Positions 18,276-27,762 are shown, counted from the first letter of the stretch. The stretch: 60,056 bases of DNA from Acidimicrobiales bacterium (GCA_035651095.1 DASRGI010000089.1:1-60056); one strand, 5' to 3'. Notes: generated by a model not told the origin, from the letters alone. Made by a program: numbers and translations.

Positions 18276-20192
18276 CGGTGGGTGCTGGGGATCGCCGCGT
18301 TCCACGTGGCGCTGGCCGCTGTCCTGCTGGCCAATGAAGGTTCGTGGTCGCCCGGGGGGTCTCTGGCCGCCCTGGGCGGTTGCGCGGCTGCGTTCGCGCT
18401 GGTGGGGCTGGTGCCCATGCACCTGGAGCTGCGCCGCCACGCGTGCACGGTGGTGCTCACCGAGGCCGTGCTGGTCGTGGCCCTTCTCCACCTGGGCCCT
18501 GTGGGCGTGGTGCTGGCGGCCGCCTCGGGTGAGGCGCTGGCCTGTGTGGTCTCCCGCCAGCGCCGCCTGAAGGTCGTCTTCAACGTGGCCGGCACGTGCG
18601 GGGCCGCCGCGGTGGCCGCCGTCGTGTTCGCCCACATGGACAGCCGCCTCCTCCACCCGTGGTCGGCTGCCGTCCTGGCCGGCGTGTCCGCCTACGTGGT
18701 GACGAGCATGCTGACCACGTCGGCCATCCTGGCCGTGGCCGAACACCGCCGCTTCGTCGGCGTGCTACTCGCCAATGCCGCCACCGTCGCCGTCGCGTCG
18801 GCGGCCTCCGCCTCCGTGGGGCTGTCGGCCGTCGCCCTGGGCGAGGTCAGCACGGCCGGCCCCGTGCTCCTCGCCCCCCTCCTCGCCCTGGTCTTCCTGG
18901 GCACCCGCCGCATGGCCCTGCAGTCGGCCGAGCACATGCGGTTCCAGCGGCTGTACGAGGCGTCGGCCCGCACGGCCCAGCTGGCCGGTTTCGAGGACGC
19001 CCTGGCCACGTTGGCGGGCGAGGCCCGCGGCCTGGTCACCGGCTTCGCGGCCATCTGCTGCGGGCAGAAGCCCGACGGCGAGTGGGTGGGCGTCCTGGTG
19101 GACGACACCGGCGCGTCGCCGGCCGGCCCCGAGGTGGTGGCCGCCCTGGTCGCCCTCCCGGGCGACAAGCCCCAGGCCGTGCCCCTGAGCCAGGGCTCCG
19201 TGCTGTCGCAGGCCATGCCCCAGGCCACCGACCTGGTGTGGGCGCCGCCTCGCCCGGGCACCAAGGGCAAGGTGCACCTGGCCGTGTTCCGGGAGATCGG
19301 TCCCGACGAGCAGGCCGAGGCCCGCTCCGAGGTGCTGGGCGCCTTCTCCGGTCACGCCGCCCTCACCGTGGCCAACGCCCTCCTCTACCAGGAGGTCGAG
19401 GAGGCCCTGCTCCGCCAGATCGACCTCACCCACCAGAAGGGCGAGTTCCTGGCCACCGTGTCCCACGAGCTGCGCACCCCCCTCACCTGCGTGCTGGGCG
19501 CGGTGTCGACCATCCGCCGCTGCCAGGGACGCCTCGGCCCCGAGGACGTGGACCGCATGCTCCAGACCGCCCTGGACCAGGGCGACCGCCTGAAGCGGTT
19601 GATCGAGGACCTGCTGCAGGTGGCGTCGGCCGAGCACGGCGAGATGCGGCCCGAGTTGCGGATGGTCGACCTCGACAGCCTGATCGGCTCGATCGTGAGC
19701 GACCTGTCCGCCCCCGGCCTGCGCCTGCGGGCCGAGGTCGAGGCGGGCTGCGGCGGCCTGCGCACGGACGAGCACAAGCTCCGCCAGATCATCACCAACC
19801 TGGTGGAGAACGGCGTGAAGTACGCCCCCGAAGGCGGCATCGAGGTGCGGGCGTCGCTCATGCCGACCCTCAACGGTGTCGAGATTCGTGTGGTGGACCA
19901 TGGCTCCGGGATCCCCGAGGCCGACCGGGAGCGGGTGTTCGAGCGTTTCGTGCAGCTCGACCAGTCGTCCACCCGGCGCCGGGGCGGAACGGGCCTGGGC
20001 CTGTACCTGTGCCGGCAGTTGGCCGGCCTCTTGGGGGGGTCGCTGACCCTCGAGGCGACGGCAGGCGGGGGGTCCACGTTCCTGCTGACACTGCCATGGC
20101 AGCCGGCGGGCACACCGGCCGGTGAGACGAGCGCGGTGATCGCCGCCGAGCACAGCTCGGTGCTGCGACCGCCCGCCCTGACGGGGAGGTAG
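18270..20192 (+). CDS. membrane sensor histidine kinase
   Basis: ATG at 18270 (M117 of track ORF 17922-20192). About 6 N-terminal TM helices, a central GAF-like region, H-box VSHELRTPLT, and N/G boxes NLVENGVKYAP, DHGSGIP, GTGLGLY. Confidence 0.8.
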   Translation: MRRWVLGIAAFHVALAAVLLANEGSWSPGGSLAALGGCAAAFALVGLVPMHLELRRHACTVVLTEAVLVVALLHLGPVGVVLAAASGEALACVVSRQRRLKVVFNVAGTCGAAAVAAVVFAHMDSRLLHPWSAAVLAGVSAYVVTSMLTTSAILAVAEHRRFVGVLLANAATVAVASAASASVGLSAVALGEVSTAGPVLLAPLLALVFLGTRRMALQSAEHMRFQRLYEASARTAQLAGFEDALATLAGEARGLVTGFAAICCGQKPDGEWVGVLVDDTGASPAGPEVVAALVALPGDKPQAVPLSQGSVLSQAMPQATDLVWAPPRPGTKGKVHLAVFREIGPDEQAEARSEVLGAFSGHAALTVANALLYQEVEEALLRQIDLTHQKGEFLATVSHELRTPLTCVLGAVSTIRRCQGRLGPEDVDRMLQTALDQGDRLKRLIEDLLQVASAEHGEMRPELRMVDLDSLIGSIVSDLSAPGLRLRAEVEAGCGGLRTDEHKLRQIITNLVENGVKYAPEGGIEVRASLMPTLNGVEIRVVDHGSGIPEADRERVFERFVQLDQSSTRRRGGTGLGLYLCRQLAGLLGGSLTLEATAGGGSTFLLTLPWQPAGTPAGETSAVIAAEHSSVLRPPALTGR

Positions 20193-20194
20193 CA

Positions 20195-20593
20195 GTGCGA
20201 GACACGCACGTACGGCGGATCCTGGTGGCGGACGACGACCCGGACATCCTTCATCTCTTGACCCTCAACCTGGAAGCGGAGGGGTACGACGTCGTCAAGG
20301 CGACCAACGGCGAGGAGGCGTGGACGCTGGCTCGCAACGCCGTGCCCGACCTGGTGGTCCTCGACGTGATGATGCCGGAGCGGGACGGCCTGGACGTGCT
20401 CACGTCCCTGAAGGCCAACCCCCGCACCCAGCACATCCCCGTGGTGCTGCTCACGGCCAAGGCCACCGACGCCGAGGTGTGGGAAGGCTGGCGGGCCGGA
20501 GCGGACTACTACATCACCAAGCCGTTCATCCTGGACGAGCTGTTGCACTTCATCGACCACGTGGTCGAGGTGACACCCGCTCCCACCGTCTAA
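20195..20593 (+). CDS. single-domain (CheY-like) response regulator
   Basis: ILVADDDPDI, DLVVLDVMMPERDG, VVLLTAKA, YITKPF: all receiver signature residues are present and there is no output domain. It starts 3 nt after the kinase stop. Confidence 0.85.
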   Translation: MRDTHVRRILVADDDPDILHLLTLNLEAEGYDVVKATNGEEAWTLARNAVPDLVVLDVMMPERDGLDVLTSLKANPRTQHIPVVLLTAKATDAEVWEGWRAGADYYITKPFILDELLHFIDHVVEVTPAPTV

Positions 20594-20624
20594 GCTCGAA
20601 CGTCCCCCGGCCGGGGGGCAGCGA

Positions 20625-22832
20625 GTGAAAACCGTGGGCGAACACCCCGACTTCCAGGCCGAGCAGGCATTCCTCGACACCGCATACGACAGGCTCGAAC
20701 GCATGCGAGCCGCGGTCGCGGAGCGTGTCCAGGAGGTCCTCCAGCAGCGGGGCGGCACCTTCCAGGCCGTCACCGAGCGGGACATCGTCGTTCGCACCGG
20801 CCTCCAGCGCCTGGAGCAACTCGACATCGGCCGGGAGTCGCTCGTCTTCGGCCGCATCGACCGGGCCGGCGACGAAGCGGGCGGCAACGGCAGCAGCGGC
20901 AACAACGGGAACGGGGAGGCCTTTCACATCGGCCGGCTGGCCGTGTCGGGCGAGGACCAGGAGCCCCTGGTGGTCGACTGGCGGGCGCCCGTGGCCGAAC
21001 CCTTCTACCGGGCCACCGGCCGGCACCCGATGGGCCTGGTCCGCCGCCGCCACTTCGCCACCGAGGGCCGCCGCCTGGTGGGGATGGAGGACGAGCTGTT
21101 CGGCGTCGGCTTCGGCGAGGGCTTCGGCGAGGATGCTGGCATCGGCGAGGGTGCCGGACACGACGACAACGTGCAGGGGGCAGGCGCCCTGTTCGCCGCC
21201 CTCGAGCGCTCCCGCACCGGCGTCATGCGCGACATCGTGGCCACCGTCCAGCGGGAACAGGACGAGGTCATCAGGGCCGAGCTGCCCGGCGTGCTGGTGG
21301 TGCAGGGCGGTCCGGGCACGGGCAAGACGGCCGTCGCCCTCCACCGGGCCGCCTACCTGCTCTACACCCACCGCTTCCCGCTGGAGCGCCAGGGCGTGCT
21401 CATGGTCGGGCCGAATCCGCTGTTCCTCCGCTACATCGACCAGGTGCTCCCGTCGCTGGGGGAGACGGGCGTGGCCCTCACCACCGTCGAGGGGCTGGTA
21501 GCCGACGCCCGGGTGCGGGGCACCGACTCGCCCGCCGCAGCCCGGGTCAAGGGCGACGCCCGCATGGCCCGGTTCATCGTCCGGGCCGTCAGGGACCGCC
21601 AGCGGCCGCTGCGCAAGCCGGTGGAGGTGGGCTACGGGGGCGTGGTGCTGCGGCTCACGCCGTCGGACACGGAGGACATCGTGACCACGGCCAAGCGCCG
21701 GGCCGGCTCGCACAACGCCCGCCGCCGCTTCGTGGAGTCGCTGGTGCGCCGCCGCCTGCACGCCCAGTACCTCGGGGTGCTCGACCGCCAGCGCCGCACC
21801 GGCCTGCGGAGCGAGCTGGGCGAGGGCGAGACCGACCTGCCCGAGGCCGACCTGTGGCGCGAGATCCGGCGGGACCCGGCCGTGGCTGCCGCCCTCGACC
21901 GCATGTGGCCGGTGCTCACGCCCCAGGAGCTGCTGCACGACCTGTTGGGTGCGCCCGCCCTGGTGGCCCTGGCCGGCCGGGGCATCCTGACCGAGGACGA
22001 GATGCGGGTGCTGGCCCGGCCCCGGAGCGAGTCACTGGACGAGGTCCCGTGGTCGGCGGCCGACATGCCCCTGCTGGACGAGGCCCGGGTGGCCCTGGGT
22101 TCACGCCGGGTCGGTGCCGGCGACGGGACGGACGCCGAGATCCGCAATTACGGCCACATCGTGGTGGACGAGGCCCAGGACCTCACCCCCATGCAGCTGC
22201 GCATGCTCACCCGGCGGTCGCTGTCCGGGTCCATGACCGTGGTGGGCGACATCGCCCAGGCCACCGGGCCCCGGGCTCCCGACGGCTGGGACGAGATCAC
22301 CGCCCACCTGCCCTCCCGGCGCCCGCCCCGGATGGTGGAGCTGTCGGTCAACTACCGCACGCCGGCCGAGATCATGGAGGTGGCCGGCCGGGTGCTGGCC
22401 GTCGCCGCCCCTCACCTGCGCCAGCCCCGGTCCATCCGCTCCACGGAGACGCCACCGTGGCGGGTGCTCGTCGGGCCGGGCGAGTCGCTGGCCGAGCGGG
22501 TGGCCGAGGTGGCGGCGTCCGAGCGCGACCGGGTGGCGGGGGGCACGGTCGCGATCATCGCCCCCGACGCGCTGGTGGCCTCGCTCCAGGAGGGTCTGCG
22601 GGCGGCCGGCCTCGAGGTGGGCGGGCCGGCCGGCGGGCTGGAGTCGCCCGTCACGCTGTTGCCCATGGGCGTGGTGAAGGGCCTGGAGTTCGACGCCGTG
22701 GTGGTGGTGGAGCCCGCCCGCATCGTGGCCGACGCACCCCAAGGCCTGCGGGCCCTCTACGTGGCCCTGACCCGGGCCACCAAGCGGCTCACGTTGGTGT
22801 TCGCCGAGCCCCTGCCCGAGCCCATCGCCTGA
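20625..22832 (+). CDS. helD: HelD-type UvrD-like helicase (RNA polymerase-associated)
   Basis: 735 aa. N-terminal ..FHIGRLAVSGEDQEPLVVDWRAPVAEPFYRAT.., Walker A QGGPGTGKTAVALHR, ..IVVDEAQDLTPMQ.., ..VKGLEFDAVVVVEP... Confidence 0.8.
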   Translation: MKTVGEHPDFQAEQAFLDTAYDRLERMRAAVAERVQEVLQQRGGTFQAVTERDIVVRTGLQRLEQLDIGRESLVFGRIDRAGDEAGGNGSSGNNGNGEAFHIGRLAVSGEDQEPLVVDWRAPVAEPFYRATGRHPMGLVRRRHFATEGRRLVGMEDELFGVGFGEGFGEDAGIGEGAGHDDNVQGAGALFAALERSRTGVMRDIVATVQREQDEVIRAELPGVLVVQGGPGTGKTAVALHRAAYLLYTHRFPLERQGVLMVGPNPLFLRYIDQVLPSLGETGVALTTVEGLVADARVRGTDSPAAARVKGDARMARFIVRAVRDRQRPLRKPVEVGYGGVVLRLTPSDTEDIVTTAKRRAGSHNARRRFVESLVRRRLHAQYLGVLDRQRRTGLRSELGEGETDLPEADLWREIRRDPAVAAALDRMWPVLTPQELLHDLLGAPALVALAGRGILTEDEMRVLARPRSESLDEVPWSAADMPLLDEARVALGSRRVGAGDGTDAEIRNYGHIVVDEAQDLTPMQLRMLTRRSLSGSMTVVGDIAQATGPRAPDGWDEITAHLPSRRPPRMVELSVNYRTPAEIMEVAGRVLAVAAPHLRQPRSIRSTETPPWRVLVGPGESLAERVAEVAASERDRVAGGTVAIIAPDALVASLQEGLRAAGLEVGGPAGGLESPVTLLPMGVVKGLEFDAVVVVEPARIVADAPQGLRALYVALTRATKRLTLVFAEPLPEPIA

Positions 22833-23596
22833 CGCAGGCCGGCCAGCACCAGCCCGGCCAGGCCCACCAGCACGCCCGCCACCACGTCCAGGATCCAGTG
22901 GTTCCCGGTGATCACGACCACGAGCCCCACCACGGCGGGGTAGGCCAGCGCCGCTCGTCGCCAGAACCGGCTGTGCACGAGGGGCGCCACCGCGGCCGAG
23001 CACCACACCGCCCAGGCCAGGTGCAGGCTGGGCATGGCGGCCAGCGGGTCGGAGATGTGCTCGATGATGGGCGTGCGGAAGGACCACAGCCCGCCCAGGG
23101 TGGCGAGCGTGTCCTGGGCGCCGACACCGGCGGGCAGGAGGCGGGGCGGGGCGGTGGGCAGGACGGCGAACACGGCCAGGGCGATGGCGGTGGACAGCAG
23201 CAGGGCCGTCCGCATGCGCCGGTAGTGATCGGGCTGGGCGAACCAGAGGGCGACCACGACGGTCGCCGTCACCAGGACGTGAGCGGTGGCGTAGAACACG
23301 TTGGCGCCCCGCACCATGTCGGGCATGGACAGGAACCAGCGCTGGATGCCGCCCTCGACGTGCAGGTCGAAGAAGCGCTCGACGGCTACCACCCCCCGGG
23401 CGTTGGCCATGGCCCGGGACAGGGCGTGGGGATCGGTGGCCGTGCTCGCCCGAGTGTTGCGTATGGCGGCGTAGGCGCCGTAGCCACCGGCCAGCACGGA
23501 GAGCTCGACCCACCATCGGGGCCGGCGCCGATCCCGGGCGACCGTGACGGGTCGCCGAGCGGGGCGGGCAATGGCCGGTGCAGTCCCCATCCGCAC
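22757..23596 (-). CDS. PAP2-superfamily (PAP2_C-like) integral membrane protein
   Basis: 279 aa with about 6 TM helices and ..AAMPSLHLAWAVW.. and ..ITGNHWILDVVAG.. (His/Asp motifs of PAP2-like phosphotransferases). Its 3' end overlaps helD convergently by 76 nt. Confidence 0.55.
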   Translation of the reverse strand: MRMGTAPAIARPARRPVTVARDRRRPRWWVELSVLAGGYGAYAAIRNTRASTATDPHALSRAMANARGVVAVERFFDLHVEGGIQRWFLSMPDMVRGANVFYATAHVLVTATVVVALWFAQPDHYRRMRTALLLSTAIALAVFAVLPTAPPRLLPAGVGAQDTLATLGGLWSFRTPIIEHISDPLAAMPSLHLAWAVWCSAAVAPLVHSRFWRRAALAYPAVVGLVVVITGNHWILDVVAGVLVGLAGLVLAGLRQAMGSGRGSANTNVSRLVARVRAT

Positions 23597-23651
23597 AGCC
23601 CACCAAACCGATCTGTGAACCCGCTGAGAGCGGGCCCTTCAGCAGGAAGGA

Positions 23652-24509
23652 TCAGGCAGGAGCGGCCAGGCGCCGGTGCTGGTGGCTGGATGCCGACAGC
23701 CGGCTGTGGAAGTTGGAGCCCGAGGCCACGGCGGCGACGTAGGCCGCCTTGCGCTTGGCCACCCGGGGGCTCCCCTCGTCCTCCAGGTGGACGGCGTCGG
23801 GGTCGAGCTGCGAGTTGATGCCGTCCCGGAGGAGGGCGACGGCCTCGGCTCGCATCTGGGAGATGCGGGAGGGCGACACGCCCAACTCGTCGGCCAGCTC
23901 CTGCATGGGCCGCTCCTCGAAGAAGTAGCCCACGACGACGTGGCGCAGCCGGCCGGGCAGGGCGGCCACGGCGTCGATCAGGTAGGCCCGCCGCTCCCGC
24001 TCCATGAGCACGTGGTCGGGGCTGAGCTCATCGGCCGGCAGGATCGAGTCGGCGCCCGAGTCGGCGATGATCGAGTCGTAGTTCAGGACCACCGAACGGT
24101 GGACGTCCCCGGCGATGGCCTCGACGGCCGGCGCGTCCATCCCGACCTTCTCGGCCACCTCGGCCGTGGTCGGGGTGCGACCCAGCTGGGCAGTGAGGGT
24201 CTCGTGGGCGGCCAGCATGCGCCGCGCCTTCGAGCGCACGGACCGGCTGGCCCAGTCGCGGCTGCGGAGCTCGTCGAGCAGGGCGCCACGGATGCGCTGG
24301 GAGGCGTAGTGGTCGAAGCGGCAGTCGCGGGTGGGGTCGAAGCTGCGAGCGGCCTGGGCCAGTCCGACCATGGCGGCCGAGACGAGGTCGTCGCGCCCGA
24401 CATGGCGGGGCACCCGGGCGACCACCTGGGTCACGGCGTAGTCCACGAGCGGCAGGTTCTCCCGTACGAGACGCTCCTCGGTCGCCCGCTGCAGCGCCTC
24501 CGTCCCCAT
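23652..24509 (-). CDS. FliA/WhiG-family (sigma-28 type) RNA polymerase sigma factor
   Basis: ..VSAAMVGLAQAARSFDP..FDHYASQRIRGALLDELRSRDWASRSVR.. (the DW-RS-R hallmark), with region 4 HTH ..MQELADELGVSPSRISQMRAEAV... The start could be 24509, 24524 or 24560. There is a C-terminal tail of about 55 aa. Confidence 0.8.
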   Translation of the reverse strand: MGTEALQRATEERLVRENLPLVDYAVTQVVARVPRHVGRDDLVSAAMVGLAQAARSFDPTRDCRFDHYASQRIRGALLDELRSRDWASRSVRSKARRMLAAHETLTAQLGRTPTTAEVAEKVGMDAPAVEAIAGDVHRSVVLNYDSIIADSGADSILPADELSPDHVLMERERRAYLIDAVAALPGRLRHVVVGYFFEERPMQELADELGVSPSRISQMRAEAVALLRDGINSQLDPDAVHLEDEGSPRVAKRKAAYVAAVASGSNFHSRLSASSHQHRRLAAPA

Positions 24510-24701
24510 GCCGTCGTTCCGCATGAGGAGAATGTCGGATATCGGAGGGGTTCGGCGCATCGGCCGCGAGGGTGATTTCGGCCCATCCCATCGTCCATCT
24601 CGGCCATGTCCCGTGTCCCCACATCGGTCTAGTCATCCGGTGGGATCGTTCCTGCCGACTCCCAGGTGGCCCCTGGCAGACCCCCAGTACAGTGACGCCC
24701 G

Positions 24702-25355
24702 ATGCCGGCCCCGCCCGCCAGTGCCGTCGTGGTCGACGAGTGGCCGCTGGTGCGCCTCGGCATCGGCCAGGCCCTGCGGGGGCTCGACATCAAGGTCGTG
24801 GCCGAGCTGTCGACCGGGGCCGACGCGGCCCGCCGGGCGGGCGAGTTGGGCGCCGGGTGGCTCATCCTCGGCACCCACCGGGACGTGCCCGCGGCCGACG
24901 TGGTGCGCCGGTCCCAGGCCATCGGAGGCGACCGGTCCCCCCGGGTCATGGTGCTGCTCGACCACGTGAGCCGCGACGCCCTGGCCGGCCTGCTCGGGCT
25001 CGGGGTCGACGCCCTGCTGGTGCGCTCGGCCCGGCCCGAGGAGGTGGCCGACGCCGTGCGCCGGGTGGTGCGGGGCGAGCGGGTGGTGGCGCCGGCGCTG
25101 CTCCCCCTGCTGGTGGGCGTGCTCGGGTCCATGCCCGACGCCGAGCAGGCCGAGTCCGACGGGCTGCTCACCCGCAAGGAGCTCGAGGTGCTCGGCCGGC
25201 TGGCCGAGGGCCTTTCCAACAAGGACATCGCCGACGCCCTGTTCGTCACCTCGGCGACGGTCAAGACCCACCTGGCCCACATCTACACGAAGCTCGGCGT
25301 GACCGGCCGCCAGGAGGCGGTGGCCCGGGCCGTGGAGCTCGGTCTGCTGGGCTGA
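24702..25355 (+). CDS. LuxR/NarL-family regulator with degenerate receiver domain
   Basis: C-terminal LuxR HTH (LTRKELEVLGRLAEGLSNKDIADALFVTSATVKTHLAHIYTKLGV). The N-terminal receiver-like fold has WLILGTHRDVP where the phospho-acceptor LxxxD normally sits. Confidence 0.8.
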   Translation: MPAPPASAVVVDEWPLVRLGIGQALRGLDIKVVAELSTGADAARRAGELGAGWLILGTHRDVPAADVVRRSQAIGGDRSPRVMVLLDHVSRDALAGLLGLGVDALLVRSARPEEVADAVRRVVRGERVVAPALLPLLVGVLGSMPDAEQAESDGLLTRKELEVLGRLAEGLSNKDIADALFVTSATVKTHLAHIYTKLGVTGRQEAVARAVELGLLG

Positions 25356-25404
25356 GGGGCACAAATCCTCACATAGGGGCCTCGTACGCCGATCCTGTCG
25401 ATGA

Positions 25405-25818
25405 GTGACTCTCCAGCACTTCTCCACGGTCCTCTTTCGCGAGCGTCACCTGCTCGAGCTGTTGCTGTTCAAGCTCGAGGAGGAAGACCTCCTGTTGGAG
25501 GCGGGGCGCACCCGGTGGCTGACGCATGCCAGCAGAGAGGTCGAGACCGTCCTGGACGAGCTCGCCAAGGTGGAGCTGGCTCGGGCGGCGGCGCTGGCCG
25601 CCGCCGGTCCGGAGATCGGGGTGGGGGACGCGGTGACGCTGGCCGAGGTCGTGGAGGCGGCGCCGGCGCCGTGGGACGGCATCTTCGCCGAGCACCAGCA
25701 GGTGCTCCAGCGGTTGTCGGCGCAGGTGCTGCAGATGGCGGCGTCCAACCGAGCCCAGCTGCGCCAGGGCTACGAGGTCATCCGCACGGCCCTGACGGCG
25801 GCTGCGGCAGGCACATGA
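25405..25818 (+). CDS. FlgN-like helical protein
   Basis: 137 aa, all-helical. STVLFRERHLLELLLFKLEEEDLLLEAGRTRWLTHASREVETVL.. resembles actinobacterial proteins annotated FlgN. This is pattern memory only. Confidence 0.45.
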   Translation: MTLQHFSTVLFRERHLLELLLFKLEEEDLLLEAGRTRWLTHASREVETVLDELAKVELARAAALAAAGPEIGVGDAVTLAEVVEAAPAPWDGIFAEHQQVLQRLSAQVLQMAASNRAQLRQGYEVIRTALTAAAAGT

Positions 25819-26000
25819 CCGACGACCCGATCTCGGAACTGGCCCGGCTCTGGCACCTGGCGGCCGAGCAGGGCGAGCACGTGGTGCTGCCGCCGGGCGT
25901 GGCCCAGCAGCTGGAGCTGCGGGCGCTGGCCTACCGGGAGGCGCTGGCCGCGGGCGAGCGCATCCTGTCGCCGTCCCTCGTCGAGTTCCTCGGCCAGTAG
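25815..26000 (+). CDS. hypothetical 61-aa protein, translationally coupled to the FlgN-like gene
   Basis: The ATG at 25815 overlaps the upstream stop (ATGA). MTDDPISELARLWHLAAEQGEHVVLPPGVAQQLELRALAYREALAAGERILSPSLVEFLGQ. I recognise no family. Confidence 0.35.
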   Translation: MTDDPISELARLWHLAAEQGEHVVLPPGVAQQLELRALAYREALAAGERILSPSLVEFLGQ

Positions 26001-26047
26001 CGGCTTCTCGGGCAAGGAGCGGCTTCTCGGGCAATAGCGTTCGTCGG

Positions 26048-26641
26048 GTGGATCCGTCCGACCCGCTCGCCACCGTCGCCCAGTGGGTGGAGGAGGCCGC
26101 GGCCGCCGGCGTGGTCGAGGCCAACGCCATGGTGCTGGCGACGGTGGGCACCGGCGAGGGGGCCAGCCGGCCGTCGGCCCGGGCCGTGCTCCTGAAGGAC
26201 GTGTCCGGCGGTGGCCTGGTGTTCTTCACCAACTACCGGAGCCGCAAGGGCCGGGAGCTGGCGGCCAACCCGTGGTGCGCGGCCACGTTCGCGTGGCCGT
26301 CGTTGGGGCGGCAGGTGCGGGTGGTGGGCCGGGCCTCGCCCGTCGACCCGGCCGAGTCCGACGCGTACTGGGCCACCCGCCCGCGGGAGAGCCAGCTGGC
26401 GGCATGGGCATCGCCCCAGAGCAAGGTGCTGCCCGACCGGGCCGCCCTGGACGCGTTGGTGGGCGCCGTTGCCCTCCGCTTCGAGGGTGTCGATACCGTG
26501 CCTCGCCCGCCCCACTGGGGCGGCTACCGGCTGGTGCCCGAGGAGGTCGAGTTCTGGACGCGTGGCGAGAACCGGCTGCACGACCGGCTCCGGTGGGTGC
26601 GTTCTGGCCAGACGTGGGCCGTCGATAGGCTCGCCCCGTGA
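26048..26641 (+). CDS. pdxH: pyridoxamine 5'-phosphate oxidase
   Basis: ..PSARAVLLKD..GLVFFTNYRSRKG.EL..NP.. R.VGRA.. YW.TRPR.SQ..AWAS.QS..P.HWGGYRL.P..VEFW..G..RLHDR. Confidence 0.85.
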   Translation: MDPSDPLATVAQWVEEAAAAGVVEANAMVLATVGTGEGASRPSARAVLLKDVSGGGLVFFTNYRSRKGRELAANPWCAATFAWPSLGRQVRVVGRASPVDPAESDAYWATRPRESQLAAWASPQSKVLPDRAALDALVGAVALRFEGVDTVPRPPHWGGYRLVPEEVEFWTRGENRLHDRLRWVRSGQTWAVDRLAP

Positions 26642-26961
26642 CTGCACCCACTGCCCCCGAAGTCGGTTTCGACGAACTGGCCGCTGGCCTGGAAGCGGGC
26701 GCGCCCGTGATCGACGTTCGCAACCCGGACGAGTACGAGACCGTCCGGGTGCCGGGCGTGCGGCTCATCCCCCTGCCCGAGCTGGGTGAGCGGTTGGGCG
26801 AAGTGCCCAAGGACCAGCAGGTGTTCGTGATCTGCGCCGCGGGGGGCCGGAGTCTCGCCGCCGCCGCCGCCCTCAACGAGGCCGGATACGACGCCGTGTC
26901 GGTGGCCGGCGGCACCAACGGTTGGGCGGCCGAGGGGCGCCCGGTGGAGTCAGGCGCCTAA
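26638..26961 (+). CDS. single-domain rhodanese-like sulfurtransferase
   Basis: 107 aa. VIDVRNPDEYE..HVPGV-type context and active-site loop ICAAGGRS. The start overlaps the pdxH stop by 4 nt. Confidence 0.8.
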   Translation: MTAPTAPEVGFDELAAGLEAGAPVIDVRNPDEYETVRVPGVRLIPLPELGERLGEVPKDQQVFVICAAGGRSLAAAAALNEAGYDAVSVAGGTNGWAAEGRPVESGA

Positions 26962-26965
26962 GGCC

Positions 26966-27727
26966 ATGGCCATCCGGGTGGAAGACGACGGGCCCGTCCG
27001 CATCGTCACCATCGACCGCCCGCAGACGCGCAACGCCATCGACGGACCCACGGCCCAGGCACTGGCCGAGACCTGGCGTGAGTTCGACGCCGACGTCTCG
27101 GTGTCCGTCGGCGTCTTCACCGGGGCGGGCGGCACGTTCTGCTCGGGTGCCGACCTGAAGGCGGTGGCGTCGGGCGCCGGCAACCGGGTCACGGTCGACG
27201 GTGACGGGCCGTTGGGGTGCACGCGCCTGCTGCTGTCCAAGCCGGTGATCGCCGCCGTGGAGGGCCACGCCGTGGCCGGCGGGTTGGAGCTGGCGCTGTG
27301 GTGCGACCTGCGGGTCGCCGCGTCGGACGCCGTGTTCGGCGTGTACTGCCGGCGTTGGGGTGTTCCCCTGGTGGACGGCGGCACGATCCGCCTGCCCCGG
27401 CTCATCGGGCACAGCCACGCGCTGGACATGATCCTCACCGGGCGGGGCGTGTCGGGCGACGAGGCGTTGTCGATGGGCCTGGCCAACCGCCTGTGCCCGC
27501 CCGGGGAGGCGTTGGCGTCGGCGGTCGAACTGGCCGGGCAGGTGGCCGACTTCCCGCAGCTGTGCCTGCGCACGGACCGGCTGTCGTCCTACCGGCAGTG
27601 GGACCTCGACATCGACGAGGCCCTGCGCCAGGAGACGGCCGGCGGCCTGGAGGTCATCCGGTCGGGCGAGACCCGTGACGGTGCTACCCGTTTCGCCCAG
27701 GGCGAGGGGCGGCACGGAGCCTTCTAA
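26966..27727 (+). CDS. enoyl-CoA hydratase/isomerase (crotonase) family protein
   Basis: 253 aa. ..VTIDRPQTRNAI.., ..FCSGADLK.., ..AAVEGHAVAGGLELALWCDLRVA... Confidence 0.8.
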   Translation: MAIRVEDDGPVRIVTIDRPQTRNAIDGPTAQALAETWREFDADVSVSVGVFTGAGGTFCSGADLKAVASGAGNRVTVDGDGPLGCTRLLLSKPVIAAVEGHAVAGGLELALWCDLRVAASDAVFGVYCRRWGVPLVDGGTIRLPRLIGHSHALDMILTGRGVSGDEALSMGLANRLCPPGEALASAVELAGQVADFPQLCLRTDRLSSYRQWDLDIDEALRQETAGGLEVIRSGETRDGATRFAQGEGRHGAF

Positions 27728-27762
27728 GTTTCGCGGACGCCCCGCTGGTGTAGAGCAGTTGG

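Noticed and set aside
22757-22832. 76-nt convergent overlap of helD and the PAP2-like gene. Smaller convergent overlaps occur at 8793-8809 and 13218-13237.
   Set aside because: These are most simply tails running on until the first stop in GC-rich sequence. Nothing suggests antisense regulation, and the true C-termini cannot be set without homolog alignment.
25405-26000. RsiG-type c-di-GMP-binding anti-sigma factor next to the WhiG-like sigma gene.
   Set aside because: I could not find the E-x3-S-x2-R-x3-Q-x3-D motif in either small protein by eye. The idea is kept only as a check under the FlgN-like finding.
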